Part shown: positions 40,952 to 50,889 of the stretch, piece by piece
How the letters are laid out: each line of letters opens with the position of its first letter
How positions within the stretch are numbered: the stretch's first letter is position 1
Origin: Escherichia virus TH47
Sequence record: MT446416.1
DNA length: 64,000 bases
Strand: one strand, 5' to 3'
Position numbers and translations under genes: made by a program
Notes under the pieces: generated by a model
The model's input: the letters and a program-made list of their open reading frames with translations, nothing else
The model's database searches: none
What the model was told of the DNA's origin: nothing

Positions 40952-41257
40952 TTAGATGTTAATTTTGATACCAGATAGATCCAGTACTTTACGTATAGTA
41001 GGTTCTGGTTCAGGCTGAACAACCTCTTCAGGCTCTTGTACTGGAATCTTTGTGTTAATATTTAGACCATCTTGAAGAATTTCAGGGATAATTCCATGCT
41101 GCACATCATTGTACATAGACACAACAGTTTCTGCACAAGATAACATTTCACGAACTTTAAACTGATATCCTTGTGGTAAATCTTTGATGATTTCCATAAC
41201 ATCTAATAACTTCGTTTGTACATCAATAAGAATACTGTTTGATTTATCTGCGTCCAT
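40952..41257 (-). CDS. hypothetical protein (101 aa)
   Basis: ORF in gene series. Confidence 0.5.
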   Translation of the reverse strand: MDADKSNSILIDVQTKLLDVMEIIKDLPQGYQFKVREMLSCAETVVSMYNDVQHGIIPEILQDGLNINTKIPVQEPEEVVQPEPEPTIRKVLDLSGIKINI

Positions 41258-41763
41258 TAATCCAACTCCACTACGTTATTTTTTTTCTTTGTATTTACTA
41301 CAGTGGGTGAATCATTTTTTGTCACATCACCTCGTAATTTCTTTTCTAGTGCGATGATACGCTTTAATGTCTTAATTGACGGTCGTTTCTTTGTTAGCTC
41401 GGCTTTTGCTTCAGTATAATACTTTCGGATATATCCATATGCATAATACTTAGAACCAATAAAAATTTCAGCAACGGCTGGCTGGTAACTCATTTCGGCC
41501 CCATCAAGATCCACTGGTGATGCATAAAATACAATATTTGTATTACACGAAGAAATTTTAGCAACCAGTAAGTTAGCTTCAAGTTTATTCAAAATCAACG
41601 TAGTGGTTTCTTCTGCCTCGTCACTGTACTGCATTGCTGACATTAGAAGTTGAAATGACTTGAAGTAATTACTACCACTGATTACCGTATTGAAGATTAA
41701 GCCCAATGTAATCAGTACTAGTGTACCAAGACATATAAACAAAAACCAATATTCAACACTCAT
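41257..41763 (-). CDS. membrane-anchored hypothetical protein (168 aa)
   Basis: N-terminal hydrophobic helix. Confidence 0.5.
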   Translation of the reverse strand: MSVEYWFLFICLGTLVLITLGLIFNTVISGSNYFKSFQLLMSAMQYSDEAEETTTLILNKLEANLLVAKISSCNTNIVFYASPVDLDGAEMSYQPAVAEIFIGSKYYAYGYIRKYYTEAKAELTKKRPSIKTLKRIIALEKKLRGDVTKNDSPTVVNTKKKNNVVELD

Positions 41764-41790
41764 TAATATATCCTCAGTTTGTATTTTATT

Positions 41791-41823
41791 AAAAAAGCCC
41801 CATCAACATTGATGAGGCGGGAA
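41791..41823 (-). terminator. rho-independent terminator
   Basis: aaaaaagccccatcaacattgatgaggcggg; stem plus U-run on the minus transcript. Confidence 0.45.
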
Positions 41824-41828
41824 ATCAA

Positions 41829-42038
41829 TTACTTACGGTTTGCTTTACGCAGTTCAGAAAGTTCTTCTTGTAGACTTTTCTTCCATGCAATTAGATGAGC
41901 AAAACGGATTGGCCTTGCACCAGTACCGTGGAATACTGCGAGAGCTTCTTCAGCTTGATGAATCTGGAACTGAATGTAGTTCACAGTGCGGTCGAAGTCG
42001 GTGATATCTAGTACTTGTGCCTTAGTTTCTTTAGCCAT
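41829..42038 (-). CDS. hypothetical protein (69 aa)
   Basis: ORF in gene series. Confidence 0.5.
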   Translation of the reverse strand: MAKETKAQVLDITDFDRTVNYIQFQIHQAEEALAVFHGTGARPIRFAHLIAWKKSLQEELSELRKANRK

Positions 42039-42155
42039 TTTAATACCCTTTTATTTCTTTTTTATGAAAAACCCTCATCATTGAGGAATGGTTTGCATTT
42101 TTACATCTGCCGATAATATACATTATATCATGCTTTTCAGCGTTGTCCCAAAAAA

Positions 42156-42515
42156 TTAATTATTTTTTAGAACAAATTTCACAACTGGTAACTCTGTTTC
42201 GTTTGATTCGGATTCATTATATCCGTTCTTCGTGAGAACGTCAATAACTTTTTTAGAATCGATTGTAAATTTATCAAGTTCAGTATAACGATAATAATCA
42301 ATGGTCTGACTGAACTCATACTCACCTGGACGCTGACGGCAACATGTTTGTGTTTCTGACATAATTGCATTGATTAGATAATAAGATTCAGTACTATCAT
42401 TGTTTGGTACATAAATCTTACCATCAAAATGAATCACTTCATGCTTATTCATACAGTGAGTTAATCTCCGATTGAAGAATTGAAATAATTTCCTTTTGAA
42501 GACCTGTAATTTCAC
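42156..42515 (-). CDS. hypothetical protein (119 aa; start possibly internal Met near 42452)
   Basis: ORF; preferred over the overlapping 42179..42370 frame. Confidence 0.45.
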   Translation of the reverse strand: MKLQVFKRKLFQFFNRRLTHCMNKHEVIHFDGKIYVPNNDSTESYYLINAIMSETQTCCRQRPGEYEFSQTIDYYRYTELDKFTIDSKKVIDVLTKNGYNESESNETELPVVKFVLKNN

Positions 42516-42714
42516 TGTTCAGTGAGGATAAACGTTTGGTCAATGCCATAAACTGTTTAGCGTCTTCTTTGGAACGGTCGTTACGAACTTTATCGGAACT
42601 CCAGTTAGCATATGATTGCTCATCTTTTTTGTTAAGAATGTCCCAGTCCAAACGGACTAGTTTTCGTTCTTTCTTAAGTTCGCTTAGGCGAGATTTCATT
42701 TCTTCTTTAGTCAT
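42445..42714 (-). CDS. hypothetical coiled-coil-like protein (89 aa)
   Basis: ORF in gene series. Confidence 0.5.
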   Translation of the reverse strand: MTKEEMKSRLSELKKERKLVRLDWDILNKKDEQSYANWSSDKVRNDRSKEDAKQFMALTKRLSSLNSEITGLQKEIISILQSEINSLYE

Positions 42715-43004
42715 TACAAGGTTCCTTTCATAAAGTCAGGGATAACGATTACGATAGAAGGATTATACTCCACATATCCATTCTTTGTCAATAGACTTTT
42801 GATATCAGAAATAACATTATCATGTTGTTCCATATCTTTATCGCAGTGAATTTCCAATTCTTTTAGGAAAGGTTGTTTAACTGAAATTGATTGGGTCAGT
42901 GTTTGAATACGCTGCATCATATCAATTGGATCAGGACTGAACTCATTACCAACATAAAGAGTGCCAGATGCATCCTTTTCAAGTAAGACTTCTAAAATTT
43001 TCAT
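42714..43004 (-). CDS. hypothetical protein (96 aa)
   Basis: ORF in gene series. Confidence 0.5.
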   Translation of the reverse strand: MKILEVLLEKDASGTLYVGNEFSPDPIDMMQRIQTLTQSISVKQPFLKELEIHCDKDMEQHDNVISDIKSLLTKNGYVEYNPSIVIVIPDFMKGTL

Positions 43005-43831
43005 TTTGTACCCTTTAATGTACCAAAATTACGTAGTGTAAATCCAGGAACTGGAAAATATACATCACAGTCAATGTCAGGATTCATTGTCACTACCTCA
43101 TTACACATTATATCACGAATTCCACTTCCGTCTACGATTTTTTGCATTAAATCGTTCCATTCTTTTCGTTCAATAACATATGTGTTAATCAAACACAAGT
43201 CATGACCACGTTTCGAAATATAACCAAGTACTACATCATTGTGGACAACACGCATAGTAACTTTTCCAATTCGAATTCCTCGTACTGCATTAGTACTAGT
43301 ATCGTCGTAAATCAGTTCTATTCTAAGTGAACCATTAGATATAAGAGTTGTGGTATATTTTGAAACCATATTCTCAATTTCTTGAGTTAAATCGTCTCGG
43401 TTAAGGTACTCAAACACCGAATATGTCAACTCATTTGCATCCAAACATTGGACTGTTGGAAGCTGGGCAACCATATCCAAAGATACAGGTTCTATGTATA
43501 TTTTTTCAATATCAGATGTTTTGACGAATAGATACCCTTCTAGCGTCATTGAACTAACAATTTCTGCATAATAAGAGTACAGATAAAAAACATTCGTCTC
43601 ATTCGAATCAGTTTCTACCCAAACCTCTGCCTGTTTCATCTCATATTGTTGTAGAATTCGTTGTGTAAACCCAATGTAAAATCCAAGATTAACATCGGAT
43701 TGAGTTTCAAACGGTTTAAACATCAAATATGGATATTTGTCAAGATACTCATTGAACTTACGCTGGGTATCTCTATCACAATCAATGATGTACTTTCGGA
43801 ATTCAGAAATGATTACTTTTTCCAATGACAT
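43001..43831 (-). CDS. hypothetical protein (276 aa)
   Basis: Long ORF. Confidence 0.55.
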   Translation of the reverse strand: MSLEKVIISEFRKYIIDCDRDTQRKFNEYLDKYPYLMFKPFETQSDVNLGFYIGFTQRILQQYEMKQAEVWVETDSNETNVFYLYSYYAEIVSSMTLEGYLFVKTSDIEKIYIEPVSLDMVAQLPTVQCLDANELTYSVFEYLNRDDLTQEIENMVSKYTTTLISNGSLRIELIYDDTSTNAVRGIRIGKVTMRVVHNDVVLGYISKRGHDLCLINTYVIERKEWNDLMQKIVDGSGIRDIMCNEVVTMNPDIDCDVYFPVPGFTLRNFGTLKGTK

Positions 43832-43833
43832 AA

Positions 43834-44031
43834 TTATTCCTCACGATGCATAAAGTACATAAACATCGCCAACCATATACAGAATCCAACGCAACGAAGA
43901 AACATATCAACTGTTGGATCAGTGCCACCAGTAACTTGGTAAACGATTACTGGAATTAAAGCAATAGCAATAGACACTGTACATAAGATGAATGCAACAA
44001 ACACCTCAAACATAAACTTAATCGTTTCCAT
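43834..44031 (-). CDS. small membrane protein (65 aa)
   Basis: Two hydrophobic segments. Confidence 0.45.
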   Translation of the reverse strand: METIKFMFEVFVAFILCTVSIAIALIPVIVYQVTGGTDPTVDMFLRCVGFCIWLAMFMYFMHREE

Positions 44032-44605
44032 TATTATCCTTCAATGTGTAGTGTAGTACATCTAAAAAGTTATACATTGATTCATTACGCATAACCTTGA
44101 TTGTTAAATTACCACAACCCAACATACGTTTGAGGCGACGCTTCACCGCAGTTAAATCATGAGAACTATTTGTGTACAGACCATTAACCTGACCCGGAAC
44201 AGTAGGAACATGAAGAATGTAATCATAATTCATTAGTAAGCGTTGATTATATTTCTTTAATGCTTGCTTGTATTCTGAAATATTTTCAAAGAATGTACAA
44301 TAACGGTCGTAACGATTCATTTTATTCAAAATTGAAATACGAAAAGCGTTACCACTATTCCAATCATCTTCAGTTGGGTTTGGGTTGATATGTGCCATGT
44401 TAGCTGTACTGTACCCACCACTTGTGAAAACTTCAGAATATCCATTCTCAAAAACATACAATGTTGCTTTGTGGCCTCGGAATTCTTTACGGTACTTTGA
44501 CAGTACTTGAATGTGATTACGCTTGGACTTGTACATCTCGTAACCTTCATAATCGCCACTGAATTCACAAATTTTATCAACACCAGCCATTTCGTATATC
44601 CTCAT
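44018..44605 (-). CDS. hypothetical protein (195 aa)
   Basis: ORF; preferred over the overlapping 44326..44583 frame. Confidence 0.55.
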   Translation of the reverse strand: MRIYEMAGVDKICEFSGDYEGYEMYKSKRNHIQVLSKYRKEFRGHKATLYVFENGYSEVFTSGGYSTANMAHINPNPTEDDWNSGNAFRISILNKMNRYDRYCTFFENISEYKQALKKYNQRLLMNYDYILHVPTVPGQVNGLYTNSSHDLTAVKRRLKRMLGCGNLTIKVMRNESMYNFLDVLHYTLKDNNGND

Positions 44606-44647
44606 TTGATTAATATAGGAGTATTATACATACTCCATTTTCATGTG

Positions 44648-44791
44648 TCAAGCTTTATAATACGGAAGACTTTTCACTAAAGATTCGGACGTATTATTTT
44701 TAACCCATGTACTACCGTTGTCATTGGATACATATCCAGTACCATTAACAAACTTACGCATAATACCAGTAAAAATGTTCGTATACACCAT
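44648..44791 (-). CDS. small hypothetical protein (47 aa), not in track
   Basis: Hand translation MVYTNIFTGIMRKFVNGTGYVSNDNGSTWVKNNTSESLVKSLPYYKA. Confidence 0.35.
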   Translation of the reverse strand: MVYTNIFTGIMRKFVNGTGYVSNDNGSTWVKNNTSESLVKSLPYYKA

Positions 44792-44961
44792 TATTCAGTA
44801 TCCTTCGGTTTAGAATGTAAACCATACTTTTCATCATAACGGTCATAAGTAGTACCATTCGTACTAGCTTTGATGCTTTCGGTACGATTGATTTGTTCAA
44901 TCTTCACACCACGATAACCAATCTCTTCTTTAAATTGTTCCCATGATTCACGTAGACTCAT
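44791..44961 (-). CDS. small hypothetical protein (56 aa), not in track
   Basis: Hand translation MSLRESWEQFKEEIGYRGVKIEQINRTESIKASTNGTTYDRYDEKYGLHSKPKDTE; aaagggga SD upstream. Confidence 0.4.
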   Translation of the reverse strand: MSLRESWEQFKEEIGYRGVKIEQINRTESIKASTNGTTYDRYDEKYGLHSKPKDTE

Positions 44962-44976
44962 TTTAGTCCCCTTTTG

Positions 44977-45120
44977 TTATTTCATACACTCACGTAGAAC
45001 AATCTTTTCAACTGAACCACCGAGTACTAGATAGTGAAAATTAGAATCTTTGTTTGCCATATTCAAAAGATCTGCTTTCTGTTGAAGCGTAAAGCGTGAA
45101 GTACTGTTACGTACTGGCAT
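44977..45120 (-). CDS. small hypothetical protein (47 aa), not in track
   Basis: Hand translation MPVRNSTSRFTLQQKADLLNMANKDSNFHYLVLGGSVEKIVLRECMK; aaggag SD upstream. Confidence 0.4.
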   Translation of the reverse strand: MPVRNSTSRFTLQQKADLLNMANKDSNFHYLVLGGSVEKIVLRECMK

Positions 45121-45122
45121 AG

Positions 45123-45566
45123 TTACTCCTTAAAGTAGATATCACGAATTTGCTTAATCATCTCTAACTCTTGAAGTCCTATCATACCGAAGTTTTCTTG
45201 CACTGTCAACTGTTGGAAGTACATTTCCTCTAAATTATTATAAGGAATATCCACTAATGATAAAGGAACACTTTCACCACGGTATAGCAGATCTTCAACG
45301 AAAAGTTTTAAAATCATGATAGAAAATGAATCTTTTTGGATATGAAATTTGTAAAATGTTTGGTTAGTGCTGAGCATTGTATTTGATGGATTGAACCCCA
45401 TTTCAACAAATACTGTATCTTTATCATTATGTTTGAAATATGTACATCTTGAATTCGCAAGAACTTTAGATTTTGGGAAATAAAAATCACCCATCATCTT
45501 CTGTCGTTTCCAGTCCTCATATACAACTGGATGCTTTACCTTCTTCAATTGGTGCAGTACTGTCAT
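45123..45566 (-). CDS. FQxS-motif paralog family member (147 aa)
   Basis: C-terminal NLEEMYFQQLTVQEN. Confidence 0.5.
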   Translation of the reverse strand: MTVLHQLKKVKHPVVYEDWKRQKMMGDFYFPKSKVLANSRCTYFKHNDKDTVFVEMGFNPSNTMLSTNQTFYKFHIQKDSFSIMILKLFVEDLLYRGESVPLSLVDIPYNNLEEMYFQQLTVQENFGMIGLQELEMIKQIRDIYFKE

Positions 45567-45946
45567 AGTTTTTTCCAGTCCAATGAATCGAAATCGATTT
45601 GTTCAGGATTATCAACAGCGACAACTCGTGCATTATGAAGAGTTTCAAAGTAGCCGTTCCACGGTGTTCGTAATGGAACAGTCACATCGCCAACTTTAAC
45701 CAAGAATGAATATTCTGGTGATATTGGGTCAAACCACTCTTTTTGTTTAGCATTTTCTATGATAGTTTCGTGTTCATTTGTATAGCAATTAGATTGCTTC
45801 ATATAAAACACCCAATGCTCTTTTAAGCACTGTAAAGCAGCCACTGCTTCCTCTTTAGAAGACCATTGAATATCAATTGTATTAAGAACGTCATAATAAT
45901 TTTCAGTATCACCTGTAGTGTAATGTACTTCAATGCAGTATTTCAT
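45563..45946 (-). CDS. hypothetical protein (127 aa)
   Basis: ORF in gene series. Confidence 0.5.
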   Translation of the reverse strand: MKYCIEVHYTTGDTENYYDVLNTIDIQWSSKEEAVAALQCLKEHWVFYMKQSNCYTNEHETIIENAKQKEWFDPISPEYSFLVKVGDVTVPLRTPWNGYFETLHNARVVAVDNPEQIDFDSLDWKKL

Positions 45947-46401
45947 TATTCATCACCTTTTAGTAATTTACAAATTTCAATCATATGATAATAACATGTA
46001 TTCCAAAATTGCCCATTAGTACTACCAACATCATGCACAGTACTTTGTTGGAAAACATATTCATCATTGAACAACTTTTTAATATCATCAATGTAAAATT
46101 CTGGTTTTGAATCATTATTGTATTCAATACTCGTTTCACCATCTGGATCAAGTGAAATTGATGATATATCGTGAATGCCTATCGGATTTGTTGGATAAAT
46201 TCTCAACGTAAGAGGATAGAAGTCTGGATCGGTTTCATATGTATATTCGATTATGTAATTACCATCTCCAGTAATTGATTGATATTTAAATGTAGTTTCA
46301 ATTGAATTTGAGATGTTAAATCCCAGTCTCTTTATCTCATGTAGATGTAATAATATTTTATGTAAAGTTCCTAAAACATGAATCAAATTATCAATTTTCA
46401 T
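45946..46401 (-). CDS. FQxS-motif paralog family member (151 aa)
   Basis: C-terminal NDEYVFQQSTVHDV. Confidence 0.5.
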   Translation of the reverse strand: MKIDNLIHVLGTLHKILLHLHEIKRLGFNISNSIETTFKYQSITGDGNYIIEYTYETDPDFYPLTLRIYPTNPIGIHDISSISLDPDGETSIEYNNDSKPEFYIDDIKKLFNDEYVFQQSTVHDVGSTNGQFWNTCYYHMIEICKLLKGDE

Positions 46402-46940
46402 TTACGGTCCTTTGAAAAGTTCAGTTTAAAAGTTTTACCAAATTCCATTGTAGCTTTACCCAGATTGTTAATATTTTCTTTCAACATTTCTTGCATCTTC
46501 CTAATACTTTCATTCCAGGCTTCTTCTTCTTTGCGGAGGATTGGTCGCAATCGTTCCTGAATATCGTTAAAACGTGTATTGAGTTCAACCAATGATTCAT
46601 ATGTGAAATCTTTCATATCGATGATAGTACTACGTTGAAAGAATTCTTCTTCGGATAAATTACTCAAAATGATTTTATCACTACCAATAGATAATGTCAA
46701 TTCATCATCTTGATTTTTTTTAATTACAATACGTACAGGTGATTTTATAGTAATGTGAACATCATGATTATTAAAAGTTTCAGTTTTGTTTGACGTTCTG
46801 AATTGTAGTCTTCCGGTTAGTGCGTGTACTGGCATTGGTTTCTTTTTACCAGTAATAACATCTTCCCACGAATCAAGGATATTATTAATAATTTTAACAT
46901 AAGGAACTGTCATATATGCACCTATGAAAAATCCACGCAT
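46398..46940 (-). CDS. FQxS-motif paralog with C-terminal extension (180 aa)
   Basis: SEEEFFQRSTIIDM. Confidence 0.5.
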   Translation of the reverse strand: MRGFFIGAYMTVPYVKIINNILDSWEDVITGKKKPMPVHALTGRLQFRTSNKTETFNNHDVHITIKSPVRIVIKKNQDDELTLSIGSDKIILSNLSEEEFFQRSTIIDMKDFTYESLVELNTRFNDIQERLRPILRKEEEAWNESIRKMQEMLKENINNLGKATMEFGKTFKLNFSKDRK

Positions 46941-46955
46941 AGCGTGGATCTGTAA

Positions 46956-47486
46956 TTAATCGAGTATAGTAACTTCAATCAAACGAATTTCGATGAATTC
47001 GTTTTCAGTTTCCCATGATGAACCTAATTTCTTATTAAGTTCAGTTTTAACATCACTTTTAAATTTTCCCATAGTATTAGGAATAATTTGTTTGGTTAGT
47101 TTGTCATAACCACAATAAAACATAGGTTTCTCCCTTCGAGATATTAGAACAACAAAATCCTTTGGATATGCAGGTATATTATGCATCACTTCATGAATGC
47201 ACTCAGTACTTGAATCTTGTACTTTGTACATTACATTAAGTTTACCTTTGAAAGTGCTAATCATATCAACAATAATACCTTTACCAGATTTAAGTAAAGT
47301 TCCATTCTTTGTATGAGAACAATAGAATACCTCATCACCAATATTAGGATAGTACAAATTAAATTCTAATTCTTCCTTTGATGACTGACGTTGAAATTTC
47401 ATTACACGTTCAGTATAGGTGGGGTAGTTCTTCATGTTCAAAAGAATATCTCTCGTAGTAAGTGTGATATAACTGGCATAGTCCAT
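46956..47486 (-). CDS. hypothetical protein (176 aa as listed; start probably internal Met near 47435)
   Basis: Annotated start overlaps the methyltransferase gene by 49 nt. Confidence 0.5.
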   Translation of the reverse strand: MDYASYITLTTRDILLNMKNYPTYTERVMKFQRQSSKEELEFNLYYPNIGDEVFYCSHTKNGTLLKSGKGIIVDMISTFKGKLNVMYKVQDSSTECIHEVMHNIPAYPKDFVVLISRREKPMFYCGYDKLTKQIIPNTMGKFKSDVKTELNKKLGSSWETENEFIEIRLIEVTILD

Positions 47487-49327
47487 CCATTCCCAAGCAT
47501 TTTATATGCTTGTGTCTTACTAGACACTTTAAAGAAATCTTCAGGAACGCCCTGTAATTTACAACATTCTACTACACTTAAGTGTCTATAGTCAATATTT
47601 CTTTTACCATTCTCTAATAGATATTGACGATTAATCATTGGGTCACGAAACACCAATTGTCGTCTTGATTTATTAAAGTACTGGTTGCAATCACCACCCT
47701 TAAAATAGTTAGCATCTATACAGTACGAAGCGGTCCTGTCAGTGTACCAACCATCTTCAATGATATCTTGAAGTTTAGGGGCATTTGATAATGCAGGTGG
47801 TATAAAAAGCTTATCAGTACTGCACCAGTAGTATCTCTGCCTGAAGTGAGGCGTATAATGCTGGGAATTTATCAGTACTGGTGTCATCTCAAGAACACTA
47901 TTAATATATTGCTTGAAATCTTCTTTCATTTTAACATTCTCGAACAGTACTTTCAAGTCTGGATTGAGACTTTTTATGTGCTCATAAATGTCAACCATTG
48001 TATGAAACAACATTCCACGCGGATCATTTATTCCACCCTGTTTACCTGCAACAGACCAAGATTGACAATTGTGCACAACTATGTTATTTGCGGTATATGT
48101 ATTGTCAACGGCAACTTCAAAATTATATACGGTTTTCCATTCACCTGTCGAAATACTTGTTTTTATACCTTTAACCCATGAATAATTTTCGTCATAAAAA
48201 GCTTCCTCTTTTTTGGGTTTGTCTTTTTTATATGATAAAACATAATACGGTTTTTGGTTTACAATTCGTCCCTCAATAACTTTAGTTTTTTCTGGTTCGG
48301 TAAGGCTTATGTTGGAATGTCTTCCGTAAACGTTCATTATTAATTGTTGGACACCTAATACACAGTCTATTGATGTTGTAGTGAATTTATAACAATTACT
48401 ATCAATATGACCATCTGCATCAAAATATCCATCAAGGAATGCTTTTTGGTTCTGTACACATTCATTGAATAAATCGGGATGAACTTTCTTATTAGATGCA
48501 CCTTTACCCATTTGTTCACAGAATTCAACGAGTTCTTTTGAACATATATAAAATTTATATGATGTTCTTTCTTTGACATAATTATATTTCATGTTCATAC
48601 CTTCAAAACACGAAATCAATTCATCAAATTCATCATGTGCACAACAGATGAAAACTCTATACTGGTAACTATTCTTTCTATTATTACGCTTTACTTTATA
48701 AGTCCATCCGTCACCCATAAAGCGTCCCATAAAATACCAGAATTTTTCATCTTTTGATGATTTACTAGATTCAATTGATTTAACATTACAAAGAAAATGT
48801 TCAGATGTTAATTCGTGTGCCTCAACCCATTCAGGTTCAGTGAAGGATCGTTCAGATTGTCTAATTCTGTTATTCCAGCTAGACGACATTTTTCTAGCAT
48901 AAAATGGATGATTATCAGTGCATTCAATTGGGATATGACCTTGACCAGTTATAATACGGGTTGGTGCTTTTTTAACACCTGTACTCAATACTGGATGATA
49001 TTGTCCAGTATGTGTTAGTACCATGTCACCAACTTGAATGTCTTTAATGTCTTTATGACCTTTATCGGTCATTATCATTGTTCCTTCCGTGAAGCACGGG
49101 AACCCTCCCATGAGAAGGTCAATTTTATCCCACTCAATATCCCATTCTCTCCATTTAGTTACATCACCCAATTGGGTGATATCAGGAAAGTTAGCTTGAG
49201 ATTCAGCTATTGCGTACTTGTCAATTTCGGATGAATAATATTTTTCAACAGGGATACCAGCATCTTTTAATGCCATGTATCCCACACTCATCCCATTAAA
49301 AAGAGATAGTACTCGGATAGGTTTCAT
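47438..49327 (-). CDS. C5-cytosine DNA methyltransferase precursor containing an intein (629 aa)
   Basis: MTase motifs LSLFNGMSVG (I), GGFP-[intein]-CQSWSVAGK (PCQ, IV), LFENV (VI), RQRYY, MLGNGW (X); the extein sequence is contiguous only after removing residues 78-420. Confidence 0.75.
   Translation of the reverse strand: MKPIRVLSLFNGMSVGYMALKDAGIPVEKYYSSEIDKYAIAESQANFPDITQLGDVTKWREWDIEWDKIDLLMGGFPCFTEGTMIMTDKGHKDIKDIQVGDMVLTHTGQYHPVLSTGVKKAPTRIITGQGHIPIECTDNHPFYARKMSSSWNNRIRQSERSFTEPEWVEAHELTSEHFLCNVKSIESSKSSKDEKFWYFMGRFMGDGWTYKVKRNNRKNSYQYRVFICCAHDEFDELISCFEGMNMKYNYVKERTSYKFYICSKELVEFCEQMGKGASNKKVHPDLFNECVQNQKAFLDGYFDADGHIDSNCYKFTTTSIDCVLGVQQLIMNVYGRHSNISLTEPEKTKVIEGRIVNQKPYYVLSYKKDKPKKEEAFYDENYSWVKGIKTSISTGEWKTVYNFEVAVDNTYTANNIVVHNCQSWSVAGKQGGINDPRGMLFHTMVDIYEHIKSLNPDLKVLFENVKMKEDFKQYINSVLEMTPVLINSQHYTPHFRQRYYWCSTDKLFIPPALSNAPKLQDIIEDGWYTDRTASYCIDANYFKGGDCNQYFNKSRRQLVFRDPMINRQYLLENGKRNIDYRHLSVVECCKLQGVPEDFFKVSSKTQAYKMLGNGWTMPVISHLLREIFF
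48068..49096 (-). mobile_element. LAGLIDADG homing-endonuclease intein (about 343 aa) inserted at the catalytic Cys of the methyltransferase
   Basis: Insert begins CFTEGTMIM, ends NIVVHN followed by Cys; LAGLIDADG-like blocks FMGRFMGDGW and FLDGYFDADGHI. Confidence 0.7.
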
Positions 49328-49379
49328 ATAAAATCCTTTTTATATTGTTAAGGTACTATAATATATTATAGCATCTTAT

Positions 49380-49670
49380 TTAGAAATCTCCCAAACTTTT
49401 TTCATCACACCATCGTGATGTGCAGATGATTGCAGATGCCAAAATTGAAGCACTTGCTCGGCCTCCACCGAGTAAGTACTGGCTAATGACACCAATCATA
49501 TTGAAGACTTTATCATACTCAGCAAGGAGTTCGAAATCCTTCTTCCAACATTGATATTCTTCTTCAGTAACATTAAACTCATCACCAAGTTCATTTAAAA
49601 TCTTTTTTAGTACTGCACGATGTTCACTCATCGGATTCCCCATATCGTTCGTCGTAAAAATCATCATCAC
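49380..49670 (-). CDS. hypothetical protein (96 aa)
   Basis: ORF in gene series. Confidence 0.5.
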   Translation of the reverse strand: MMMIFTTNDMGNPMSEHRAVLKKILNELGDEFNVTEEEYQCWKKDFELLAEYDKVFNMIGVISQYLLGGGRASASILASAIICTSRWCDEKSLGDF

Positions 49671-49709
49671 GGTCCAACGGTTCTTTTGGTTTTTCTGTCA
49701 TATATTTCC

Positions 49710-49970
49710 TCACATGGTAAATGTATTATCACCATCCATATCTTCATCTGTAGCTTCAGCTAAGGTCTTAATCGTCAATAATTCACGCTTCACGTACAAC
49801 ATGAAGACCTTTTCATAATTACCAAACATCATCTCAGGTGACATGTAATTCTCCGTTACAATGACGATTGGGCGGCCCTGTGACAGCATACGAAACATAG
49901 TACGGTATTTGTCAAAGGTGCGAAATTCATCCATGTTCATCATGTGGCGTTTACGAACTACTTTAGTCAT
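49710..49970 (-). CDS. hypothetical protein (86 aa)
   Basis: ORF in gene series. Confidence 0.45.
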   Translation of the reverse strand: MTKVVRKRHMMNMDEFRTFDKYRTMFRMLSQGRPIVIVTENYMSPEMMFGNYEKVFMLYVKRELLTIKTLAEATDEDMDGDNTFTM

Positions 49971-49984
49971 TTTGATACCTTTAG

Positions 49985-50440
49985 TTAATTGAACTCGATT
50001 TCTGGATAATGATTATAGAACATCTCACGTACTGCGTCAAGCTGTTCTTTAAATTTCTCAATGTCATCAAGAGTTAGTACAGTATCACTAACAGTACTCA
50101 ACTGAAAAAGTGTCTCTTCAGTACTGTTTTCTGATAAATCAAATGTACATGATGAATCATCTGATATAATATTATCACATATTTCAAATGTGTCAATATG
50201 AACATCATTGAGTAGATCACCACTATAATCATTATATATGAACACAAAAATGTATGATGGTTTTTTTATCTCAGTTTCTGACTCATAGGCTACCAAATCA
50301 TATGTAACGTAACATTTAAAGTCAGGTGAATCGTATTCCATAGATACAATTCCTATATCACGATATTGATTCGTTTCACTGATTAAATCCGGTATAGGTG
50401 TAATACCAAGTAAATGAAAAAACTGTCCTGGATTTAGCAT
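49985..50440 (-). CDS. FQxS-motif paralog family member (151 aa)
   Basis: C-terminal STEETLFQLSTVSDT. Confidence 0.5.
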   Translation of the reverse strand: MLNPGQFFHLLGITPIPDLISETNQYRDIGIVSMEYDSPDFKCYVTYDLVAYESETEIKKPSYIFVFIYNDYSGDLLNDVHIDTFEICDNIISDDSSCTFDLSENSTEETLFQLSTVSDTVLTLDDIEKFKEQLDAVREMFYNHYPEIEFN

Positions 50441-50889
50441 TTGATTACCTTCGGGTTTTGCTCTGTGATATCAAACATAGATAGAACGAAATCATTTAGC
50501 TTTTCAACACAATTGATTATAGTGCTTAAATCAGAATAACTAACTGTTAAATTTTTAACAAGAGATTCCTGAAAGTATCCTTCTTCAGTTGAGCAATAAC
50601 TCACATTTGAGATAGTCTCATAATGTATATCTTTGCTTGTTTTACATGTTATAATTTCTATTATATCCGATGTTGTGTTATATAATAATATAAATGTTGT
50701 TGTTCGTGAATTCTTATTGTAAAATGCGAGTTCTGTGCTGTCATATGTTTTCTCAATAAGAACATTGTACTCTTCCGAAAATGATGTGGAAATTCTAATT
50801 ATCTCTTCTGGATCAGGAACATAAGAGCCATCAAATTTACAAGACAATGCAATTTCAAAATGATTTTTTATTTCATCAATTTTCATCAT
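50434..50889 (-). CDS. FQxS-motif paralog family member (151 aa)
   Basis: C-terminal STEEGYFQESLVKNL. Confidence 0.5.
   Translation of the reverse strand: MMKIDEIKNHFEIALSCKFDGSYVPDPEEIIRISTSFSEEYNVLIEKTYDSTELAFYNKNSRTTTFILLYNTTSDIIEIITCKTSKDIHYETISNVSYCSTEEGYFQESLVKNLTVSYSDLSTIINCVEKLNDFVLSMFDITEQNPKVIKC

Noticed and set aside
47438-49327. Group I intron with embedded HEG as the explanation for the split methyltransferase
   Set aside because: The reading frame is continuous through the insert and the insert has Cys...His-Asn/Cys boundaries, so protein splicing is the better fit
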